Part shown: positions 38,813-47,600 of the stretch, in pieces | Layout of the letters: each line of letters begins with the position of its first letter | Numbering within the stretch: position 1 is the stretch's first letter | Assembly (NCBI GenBank): GCA_027858745.1 | Contig: JAQICB010000151.1 | Span: forward strand, 10,925 to 74,924 | DNA from: Bacteroidales bacterium | GTDB lineage: Bacteria; Bacteroidota; Bacteroidia; Bacteroidales; UBA1715 | Length of the DNA: 64,000 nucleotides | Direction: 5' to 3' | Notes under the pieces: model-generated | Seen by the model: the letters and a program-made list of their open reading frames with translations, nothing else | The model's database searches: none | Told to the model about the DNA's origin: nothing | Made by a program: the position numbers and the translations under genes

Positions 38813-40459
38813 ATGTCCAATCAGCTCGATTCGTTAGAAATATCTTTGTTGCGAAAAACATTGTTTGTAATGATGATACTCGGGTTTGTAATGAGCTTGG
38901 TTAATACATTTACTGATATTAAACACATATATGTGACTATCTCTACCTGGATTCTCGGGGTATTATGTACTGTGTTGTATCTGTTGGTTCGAAAGAATAT
39001 ATATATTGTACCAGCTAAATATATTTTAACAATTTTCACGTTTGTCACAATTGTTTTTTGTTGGGTATATAATAATCAGTCATATTCTCCAATACTCGCT
39101 TTTTATATAATGTGGGTTGTTTTTGTTGTGTTTTTATGGGATACATATAAAGTTGTATTTTTTCTTACGGTTGGTATGCTCACTTTTTTTACTCTTGGTT
39201 TTATTGATTATTCAATGCCCGATTTTTTGGAGCCATACAAAACGCACCACGACAGGGTAATTGATATGTACTTGGGGACTACGTTTGTTATTTCTTTTAT
39301 TATTATTTATAGCTGGCACATCAAAAAAGCTTATGTGAAAAAAATTAAAGAATTAAAGCAGGCAGAGTCTTTAAAAACCGCATTTTTGCAAAATATTTCT
39401 CATGAAATTCGTACCCCGATGAATGCGATAATCGGGTTTTCAGAATTATTGCAAACCCAGTCTTTAACACAACAAAATAAACTAAAATATATTGATACAA
39501 TTAATGCAAGTGGTAGGCATTTGATGTCAATTATTGATGATATTATGAACATCTCGTTGCTCGATGCAGGTCAGGTTACCCTTTCGCCCAAATCGGTTTT
39601 ATTGTCAAAATTACTCCACTCGGTATATGATCAGATAAAAATGCATTCATTATTAAGTCCGAAAGTAATACTGAGAGCTCCGGTGATTGAACTCGAAAAA
39701 GACTATTATTTGAAGATTGACGAGGTGAAGTTAAAGCAAGTATTACAAAATTTACTGGTAAATGCTATAAAATACACAAATGTCGGATATATTGAGTTTG
39801 GGTGCCGAATGCAGGAAGCAAATCTGGAATTTTATGTAAAAGATACCGGCATAGGTATAGACTCCGAACAACAAAAGGTCATTTTTGAACGGTTTACCCA
39901 GATAGAAAAAACACACCATTCCCGTTTCAAAGGTGCCGGATTGGGCTTGTCGATTTGTAAGTCGTATCTTGAACTAATGGGTGGAACAATTGATGTGCGT
40001 TCACAAAAAGGAAATGGTTCAATCTTTTCGTTTATTATTCCTTTTGAACCGGTACAAGAAATCGATTCGTTCGATTTTTCAACAGATGAAAATGTACCAA
40101 ATAAAACACTGCTTATTGCAGAAGATGAAGATGTGAATTATGAATTTCTGAAAATTGTGTTGGAAAAACACTATACGCTTATGCGTGCTCGAAACGGATG
40201 TGAGGTGGTGGAATTAATGGACCAAAATGAAATAGATGTTGATTGTATTTTAATGGATATTAAAATGCCCGGCATGAATGGGGTGGAGGCTGCAAAATTA
40301 ATTAAGAAGAATCATCCGGATGTATACATTGTAGCACAAACAGCGTTGAATGAAATAGAGGATGATTTTAATATAAAACATACTTGTTTTGATGATTATA
40401 TTCTGAAACCAATTAATCCTAAAAGTTTACTTTCGCTTTTGTATATTATTCTTGAATAG
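38813..40459 (+). CDS. Hybrid sensor histidine kinase/response regulator
   Basis: 548 aa. About 6 N-terminal TM helices, a HisKA H-box (SHEIRTPMN), HATPase_c (DTGIGI, GAGLGLSI), and a C-terminal receiver domain (LIAEDEDVN...DIKMPGMNG). Confidence 0.9.
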   Translation: MSNQLDSLEISLLRKTLFVMMILGFVMSLVNTFTDIKHIYVTISTWILGVLCTVLYLLVRKNIYIVPAKYILTIFTFVTIVFCWVYNNQSYSPILAFYIMWVVFVVFLWDTYKVVFFLTVGMLTFFTLGFIDYSMPDFLEPYKTHHDRVIDMYLGTTFVISFIIIYSWHIKKAYVKKIKELKQAESLKTAFLQNISHEIRTPMNAIIGFSELLQTQSLTQQNKLKYIDTINASGRHLMSIIDDIMNISLLDAGQVTLSPKSVLLSKLLHSVYDQIKMHSLLSPKVILRAPVIELEKDYYLKIDEVKLKQVLQNLLVNAIKYTNVGYIEFGCRMQEANLEFYVKDTGIGIDSEQQKVIFERFTQIEKTHHSRFKGAGLGLSICKSYLELMGGTIDVRSQKGNGSIFSFIIPFEPVQEIDSFDFSTDENVPNKTLLIAEDEDVNYEFLKIVLEKHYTLMRARNGCEVVELMDQNEIDVDCILMDIKMPGMNGVEAAKLIKKNHPDVYIVAQTALNEIEDDFNIKHTCFDDYILKPINPKSLLSLLYIILE

Positions 40460-40463
40460 GTAA

Positions 40464-41387
40464 TTATCGATGTTTTGATTTTTCTTCATCATACAATTGG
40501 CAGTAATTAATATATCTGCTTTTTGCTATGCGATTTTCTGCTACAGCGGGCAAAACTGCACAGCCGGGTTCGTGAGAATGGCTGCAATTGTGAAATTTAC
40601 AATTGTGCGAAGCCACAAAAATTTCAGGGAAATAATGATGTAATTCGTGTTTTTCTAACTCTAACAAACCGAATGATTTTATGCCGGGAGTATCTATAAT
40701 GTATGTGTTTTCGGGCAAGAGAAACATTTCTGAAAAGGTGGTTGTGTGTTGACCGGTTTTGTGCGATTGCGAAATTTTTTGTGTTTTGAGTGACAGTTCA
40801 GGGAACAGGGTGTTGAGAATAGTTGTTTTTCCTACACCCGAATTCCCGACAACAACACTAATTTTATTTTGCATGTGCGAGAGTAATTTGTCACAGTTGA
40901 GTCTTGTTTTACACGAAAGACGTAGTGTCGAATATCCCGCTTTTGCATAAATGTCTTCCCATTCTGAAAGTTGCTTGAGGTCTTTTTCAGAATACACATC
41001 ATATTTATTGAAGACAAGTGTAACCGGAATAGCATATGCTTCAGTCGATACTAAAAATCTATCTACAAATGAAAGTAATGTTTTGGGTTGCGAAATAGTT
41101 ACTACTAAATATGCTCTATCAATATTTGCTGCAATAATATGTGATTCTTTTGATAGATTGACGGATTTGCGAATAATATAATTTTTTCGCTCGTGAATGT
41201 TGGTAATAATCCCAAGAGAGTCTTGTTCAATTTCAAAATCTACGGTATCTCCTATGGTAACCGGACTGGTTGAACGTGAGTTGCGTAAGCGTAATTTACC
41301 CTTTATGCGACAATCGTAGATAGTGCCATTATTAGAGTCAATTACTCGATACCAGCTACCGGTAGATTTTATTACGAGACCTGTCAT
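40464..41387 (-). CDS. rsgA: Ribosome small subunit-dependent GTPase A
   Basis: 307 aa. OB-fold N-terminus, a circularly permuted GTPase (NKYD...GNSGVGKTT), and C-terminal zinc-finger CKFHNCSHSHEPGC. Confidence 0.9.
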   Translation of the reverse strand: MTGLVIKSTGSWYRVIDSNNGTIYDCRIKGKLRLRNSRSTSPVTIGDTVDFEIEQDSLGIITNIHERKNYIIRKSVNLSKESHIIAANIDRAYLVVTISQPKTLLSFVDRFLVSTEAYAIPVTLVFNKYDVYSEKDLKQLSEWEDIYAKAGYSTLRLSCKTRLNCDKLLSHMQNKISVVVGNSGVGKTTILNTLFPELSLKTQKISQSHKTGQHTTTFSEMFLLPENTYIIDTPGIKSFGLLELEKHELHHYFPEIFVASHNCKFHNCSHSHEPGCAVLPAVAENRIAKSRYINYCQLYDEEKSKHR

Positions 41388-41392
41388 TGAAT

Positions 41393-41818
41393 TTATTTTA
41401 TAATACTAAGTCTGTCAAGACCGAATTGTTCAAATTCTTCCTCATATTCTGTAATGTACTTTTCTTGTAAGCTAGTGAATTCTTTTTGGGATAGGTTTTT
41501 TGCTCCTTTTTTCTCTAATTTTTTATCGGCGAGCCGAACAATCAGCTCTTCCCAAAATGTTTGCTCATCATATGCGTTTATGTCAGTGTCACATTCTTCT
41601 TCAAACTCTTCTGTTGGCACATAGCCACCCATTTTTTTGTCATAGTCGGCACATTCGTCGAGGCCCATATTGTAGGCAACAGAATATAATTGTTGTTCTA
41701 ATTCTTCAACTTCAACATTATACGAATCTTTGTTGTGTGCCTGCAACATCCATTCACCCATATACATAAGTTTAAGTAAATGGGAAAATTGATTTTCTGA
41801 TAAATTAAGCTGTATCAT
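41393..41818 (-). CDS. Hypothetical acidic protein
   Basis: About 141 aa from ATG at 41818. Very Glu/Asp-rich with no motif I recognise. Its stop is 5 nt upstream of the rsgA start, on the same strand. Confidence 0.5.
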   Translation of the reverse strand: MIQLNLSENQFSHLLKLMYMGEWMLQAHNKDSYNVEVEELEQQLYSVAYNMGLDECADYDKKMGGYVPTEEFEEECDTDINAYDEQTFWEELIVRLADKKLEKKGAKNLSQKEFTSLQEKYITEYEEEFEQFGLDRLSIIK

Positions 41819-41880
41819 AGTTTTTTTGTACAAAAATATGTATTTTACATGGCTTAACAACACTCTTAGAGTGAAATATA

Positions 41881-42648
41881 ATGAAAAAAATAATTAGCTA
41901 TAATGTTAACGGAATTCGTGCAGCAATACGAAAAGGTTTTGTTGATTGGTTACGGGACGAAAAACCGGATATAATTCAACTTCAGGAAGTGAAGGCTTTT
42001 CAGGAGCAGGTTGATGTACACGAAATAGAAGAATTAGGTTACACAATATATTGGTTTGCTGCTGAAAAGCGTGGGTATAGTGGTGTGGCAACATTTACTA
42101 AAGAGAAACCGGTGTCTGTACAATATGGCATTGGTAATGATTTTTTTGATGCTGAAGGTCGCTTTTTGCGTCTCGATTTTGAAGACTTTACGGTGATTAA
42201 TTCTTATTTTCCTTCGGGAACTACCGGTACAATTCGTCAGGAGAAAAAGGAGGAATATCTTGATATAGTTGCTGATTATTGTAGTGAATTGCAAAAAACG
42301 AAAACAAACATACTTCTTTCCGGCGATTTTAATATTTGTCATACCGAGAAAGATATTCATCATCCTGAGCGACATAAGGGAGTGTCTGGTTTTTTACCGC
42401 ACGAACGAGTATGGATAGATTCATTTTTGTCGCAAGGTTTTGTTGACTCATTTCGACAATTTCATACTGAAGATGATGCGTATTCCTGGTGGAGTTACCG
42501 TGCCGGTTCACGAAAGAAAAATTTGGGATGGCGAATAGATTACCATATGGTAAGTTCTGCACTTTCTCACTATATGCACGATGCATATATTTTACCTCAG
42601 GTTGTACATTCCGATCATTGTCCAGTTGTGGTTGAGTTGGAAGGGTAA
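41881..42648 (+). CDS. xth: Exodeoxyribonuclease III
   Basis: 255 aa. SYNVNGIRA start, QEVK, and C-terminal SDHCPV, all typical of the ExoIII/APE1 family. Confidence 0.9.
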   Translation: MKKIISYNVNGIRAAIRKGFVDWLRDEKPDIIQLQEVKAFQEQVDVHEIEELGYTIYWFAAEKRGYSGVATFTKEKPVSVQYGIGNDFFDAEGRFLRLDFEDFTVINSYFPSGTTGTIRQEKKEEYLDIVADYCSELQKTKTNILLSGDFNICHTEKDIHHPERHKGVSGFLPHERVWIDSFLSQGFVDSFRQFHTEDDAYSWWSYRAGSRKKNLGWRIDYHMVSSALSHYMHDAYILPQVVHSDHCPVVVELEG

Positions 42649-42730
42649 ATGGTATGATTTATCGTCAATATTTTGGTAGACATATCGTTAAGGCAGGTTT
42701 TCTATACAATAATTGTAATAAACAGAGAGA

Positions 42731-42765
42731 TAAAAAAAATCCTCCAAAGTACTTCTTTGGAGGAT
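42731..42765 (-). terminator. Rho-independent terminator downstream of pckA
   Basis: Perfect 11-bp stem atcctccaaag / ctttggaggat with a 5-nt loop. On the minus strand it is followed by a T8 run. Confidence 0.75.
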
Positions 42766-42788
42766 TTATATGAAAAAAAATGATAAAA

Positions 42789-44393
42789 TTATAATTGTGG
42801 ACCTGCAGCAACCAATGCTTTTCCTTCTTCATTATCAGTGTGCTTATCGAAGTTTTTGATAAACTTAGAAGCAAGGTCTTTTGCTTTGTCGTCCCATTCT
42901 TTAGGATCTGTGTATGTATCACGTGGGTCGAGAATCTTTGTTTCAACACCAGTTAGTTCTGTTGGAACTTCAAGGTTGAAAACAGGAAGGTTCTTAGTAG
43001 GAGCTTTCTCAATTGAACCATCAAGAATAGCAGTAATAATACCACGGGTATCTTTAATAGAGATACGTTTTCCGGTTCCGTTCCATCCGGTGTTTACCAG
43101 ATAAGCTTCAGCTCCGTGCTCTTCCATCTTCTTAACTAATTCCTTACCATATTTGGTTGGGTGTAAAGAAAGGAATGCAGCTCCAAAACAAGCAGAGAAA
43201 GTAGGTTGTGGAGTTGTTACACCACGTTCAGTTCCTGCTAATTTTGCTGTAAATCCTGAAAGGAAGTGATATTTTGTTTGCTCAGGAGTAAGTTTTGCAA
43301 CCGGAGGTAATACACCAAAGGCGTCAGCTGTAAGGAAAATTACTTTGTTAGCGTGTCCGGCTTTTGATACTGGTTTCACAATGTTTTCGATGTGATAAAT
43401 TGGGTATGACACACGAGTGTTTTGTGTAACAGAACCATCTGTGAAGTCAATTTTACCATTTTCATCAACAGTCACATTTTCAAGAAGAGCATCACGTTTG
43501 ATTGCATTGAAAATTTCTGGTTCGGCTTCTTTATCTAAATCGATTGTTTTAGCGTAGCAACCGCCTTCGAAGTTGAATACACCGTCTTTATCCCATCCAT
43601 GCTCATCGTCACCAATAAGTTTACGTTTTGGGTCTGTTGAAAGGGTAGTTTTACCTGTACCCGAAAGTCCGAAGAAAATAGCTACATCGCCATCTTTACC
43701 AACGTTAGCAGAACAGTGCATCGAAGCCATGCCGTTAAGTGGCAGGTAATAGTTCATCATTGCGAACATACCTTTTTTCATTTCGCCGCCATACCATGAA
43801 CCACCAACTACGTGCATTTTTTCGGAAAGGTTAAATACAGTATAAACTTCTGAGTTTAATCCGTGTTCTTTCCATTTTTTGTTCGTTGTTTTCGAAGCAT
43901 TCAGTGATACGAAATCTGGCTCGCCATAGTTTGCTATTTCTTCTTCTGTTGGACGGATAAACATGTTCTTCACAAAGTGTGCCTGCCATGCTACTTCCAT
44001 AATAAAACGAACTTTCAAACGTGAGTCTTCATTGGCTCCACAGAAAGTATCAACAACAAATAATCTTTTACCTGAAAGTTGTTCGGTTGTGATTCCTTTC
44101 AAATCTTTCCAAACTTCAGGAGTTGTAGGTTTGTTATCGTTTGGAGATTCCGGAGAAGTCCACCAAATAGTATCTTTTGTAGTGTCGTCCTGAACTATGT
44201 ATTTGTCCTTAGGTGAACGACCGGTAAATTCTCCGGTCATTACGTTAACTGCTTTTAGCTCAGTAAGTTGACCTTTTTCATAACCTTCTAACGCAGGATT
44301 AGTTTCTTCTTTGAAAAGTAGTTCGTACGATGGATTATGCACTACCTCTTTTACGTCGGTAATTCCATATTTGCTTAAATCTAAATTAGCCAT
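42789..44393 (-). CDS. pckA: Phosphoenolpyruvate carboxykinase (ATP)
   Basis: 534 aa. Kinase-1a motif [11 protein letters not shown], and IGDDEHGW, typical of ATP-dependent PEPCK. Confidence 0.95.
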   Translation of the reverse strand: MANLDLSKYGITDVKEVVHNPSYELLFKEETNPALEGYEKGQLTELKAVNVMTGEFTGRSPKDKYIVQDDTTKDTIWWTSPESPNDNKPTTPEVWKDLKGITTEQLSGKRLFVVDTFCGANEDSRLKVRFIMEVAWQAHFVKNMFIRPTEEEIANYGEPDFVSLNASKTTNKKWKEHGLNSEVYTVFNLSEKMHVVGGSWYGGEMKKGMFAMMNYYLPLNGMASMHCSANVGKDGDVAIFFGLSGTGKTTLSTDPKRKLIGDDEHGWDKDGVFNFEGGCYAKTIDLDKEAEPEIFNAIKRDALLENVTVDENGKIDFTDGSVTQNTRVSYPIYHIENIVKPVSKAGHANKVIFLTADAFGVLPPVAKLTPEQTKYHFLSGFTAKLAGTERGVTTPQPTFSACFGAAFLSLHPTKYGKELVKKMEEHGAEAYLVNTGWNGTGKRISIKDTRGIITAILDGSIEKAPTKNLPVFNLEVPTELTGVETKILDPRDTYTDPKEWDDKAKDLASKFIKNFDKHTDNEEGKALVAAGPQL

Positions 44394-44570
44394 ATTATAT
44401 TATTTATAGTTATTAAATTACGTTACTTTATTTTAATAATGGGCTAAAGTAAAGATTTTTATTTATATATCATATTTTATTCTAAAAAGTATTATTTTTT
44501 TTCAGAAATTTAAAATAGAGATAAGTTAATCTTTCAGAATCATCAGCTTTAGATAAAGGTTTTTTTATAC

Positions 44571-44616
44571 AAAAAAAAGGGTCAACACATGCCTAAATAT
44601 GTGTTGACCCTTTTTG
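44571..44616 (-). terminator. Rho-independent terminator downstream of the M43 protease gene
   Basis: Perfect 12-bp stem gggtcaacacat / atgtgttgaccc with an 8-nt loop. An A8 run precedes it on the plus strand, which reads as a T8 run after the hairpin on the minus strand. Confidence 0.8.
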
Positions 44617-44637
44617 AATGCATTAATTAGTACAAAA

Positions 44638-47600
44638 TTATTCTTTAATAATTGTTTCTTGTTCTATAAATTCATCGGCAACAACCTTAAGTATATATGT
44701 GCCTGTGTTTGACGGCGGATAAATTCTGAACATCTCATTTGTTGGTACCGAATTATTGTAATAGTATGTACCACCATTTATACCGTTTATTTGCACAAGA
44801 GCCGTAGTGCTTGTTGAGGTATGAATAATAATATCAACATATGTTGTATACGGATTTGGGAATATTTCCAGAGGACTTGGACAGTCTTCAACAAATACCG
44901 TAACAATGTCAGAGGATGTGTTGCCATCGGCATCTGTAACTTCTACGGTGTACGTCGTTGTTGTTGTAGGAGCAGCAACAATTTTCTTGCCTGATGTTGA
45001 TTCCAATCCGGTTTTCGGAGTCCATGTATATGATAATTGAGAAGCGTTTCCATTTGCTTCACAAGAACAATCTGAACTATAATTAATATTATTTGTTTCA
45101 ATACCATTTGCATCACATAATGAAACATTACCCTCAAAATTAGTATTACTGTTTAAAGTAGTTATACCCGATACATCAATTAATGCACAGTCATCGCCAA
45201 TTCCAGAAACAGGAGCGTTAACATATATGTTTGTTGTAGACAATAAGCTTCCTTCCAACATGTTAGTTGTGCCTGAGCCGTTGATAAATGTTGTTTCATC
45301 AACTGAAATAATTCCTTGATTGTGTAATGTCCCATTATTATGGAATTCACGAGAAACATTTATTTTGCAGACAGAAGTGAGTTGTCCTTCTGAATTGTTT
45401 CTGAATGAATTGTTTACTGTAATTGAACCGGAATTGTCAATAATACCATTGTTGTTTAAACTTTGTTTGCAGAGTATTTCACCTGTATTAATAAGCTGTG
45501 CTTGTGTATTATTCCAATTGCAGTCATTATTAAACGACATATCACCATGGTTGATTATTGTACCGTTCCAGGTTGCATTTCCAAAACTAACAGTACCATA
45601 ATTTTCAAATATTGATTGAGCATTATTCATATTCATATTAGAAATGTCAGCTGAACCTAATACAATGATAGAACCGGAATTGAAATTAATGTTTTGTGGA
45701 TTGAATTCACCACAAATGATGAGCGTACCGCCATTCATATTAATACCGCCGGTAAATTCTTCTCCGGAAGGAACAGCTACAATATCGTTAATGTTTTCCC
45801 AACTGTTTCCGCTAATAGTTCGTGATGCATTGTCACAACTTACGGTTGGTGATACAGGTTCAGAACATAATGAAGTTCCTTCATTACAATCAGTAGATGA
45901 TGCAGTAAGCCTTGTTGAAGAAGCGTTACATATTGTTACATCTTCTCCTGCATCTACAGTACAAGCTGAACCACATTCTTCAACAAAAACGGTAAACGAA
46001 TCTTCTACTATGCAACCATTTTCACCGGTAAAATGCATAGTATATGTTGTGGTTTCATTCGGATTAAAAATAAAACCATCACCTGTCCGTGTGATGCCGA
46101 TATTTGGTGTAATGCTCGTGTCTTCATGATTAGTCAGAGTTATTTCATATACATCACTTGAGTCGTTACAAATGGTGACATCAGAATACATGTCAACAAT
46201 TGTATCATAAATTGAAACAAGAATGTCATCATGATATACCATACCACAAGCATCAGTTGCTTCAATAAATACACGTTCTTCTCCAAATACCTGATAGGTA
46301 GGAGCGGTGCTGTATGAATTGAGCCAAATGTGTGATTCAAAGCCTTCCGGAGCTTTAATAATCAGTGTTGAATTGTGACATATTGTTGTATCATTACCTA
46401 AATTAAGAGTCAGAGATGGGTATGATACCGTAATTGAATCCGTATTGTTTGTGTAGTCACATTCTACTATATCAGTTACCGGATAACCAAGAGAAATAAA
46501 GTTTCCATCATCATTTAAATGAATAAAAAATGTGCTGTTTTCTGAGCGTGGAACTCTTGCTGAAACGGTAATTGTTTCGTTGGTTTCTATTGTTTGATCT
46601 ATAGTGCCTGTGTATACAATGTTTGAATAATCAGACGTATAAACAGTAAAAGGTACAGAAGATATCATAGGTGAAATGCCGATGTTTGTGACATTTATTA
46701 ATAGTTCAACCTCTGTACTGTCGCAGTTTTGTTGTACGGTGTCTATTGCTAAATCTATTGATGTACACAGTGAATCGCAATCGTTTTCAACAACAAAAAC
46801 AAATTCGTCATCGTTGTTAGGATAACGAACTTCTCCATTAATAATAGCATCGGTAAATACCGAATTTGTTACATTTTCACGGATAGAGTATGATGTGTTA
46901 TAATCTGCACAGAAATTAATTTCTGCAATACAACTGTCAACATTGAATGTACCAACAGTAATCTTTGATTCTGTTTCAAAAACGTCTACCGTGAAAGAAT
47001 TTTCAGCACAATCGCCATCACACCCTATTGCATTGATAGCAACATGCGTATTTACAGCATCATCTTTCAGATAATTATATCCTGCTATTTGTGTCGGAAG
47101 TTGTGTTATACCAATACCTGAAGGTATATCAATATTTGGATTTTCTGAAGTGCTGAAGTCTATAGAACCGGGAATTATATTTTGTTCTATATATGAATTA
47201 GCAACATCTTCCGGAATGATGTATAGTTTTTTATCTTCAGATTCGTTGAATGTTTGTTTAGTGAAATAGAGATTTCCATTGTATGCTGAAGAAATATCAG
47301 CTAAGCTTGATTTTCCCGTTTGTATTTGTATTCTTAAATAACATAAATCTTGAGAATCGTATACATTATCCGGAATCTCTAATTGTGTCAAATAATTTAC
47401 ATACGAACTTCTTCGAGCTTGGTTCCCACCACTAATAAAGAATATAAATTTGCCGTTTGGACTAAAATCAAAGTACGAAACACTTTTACCAATATCATTA
47501 ATTACACTGCTTGCTGTAACCCATTCATTGTTATTGTTTTGTATAAGTTGGTTACCAAGGGCAAATAATCTGTAATTTGCAGGATTGTTACTAAATTCTT

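Noticed and set aside
42665-42949. 94-aa minus-strand ORF overlapping the pckA 3' end and its terminator
   Set aside because: It is out of frame with pckA, includes the terminator hairpin, and has no support.
45644-46129. 161-aa plus-strand ORF inside the M43 protease gene
   Set aside because: It is antisense to a continuous 1757-codon frame with protease, PKD and CTD motifs.
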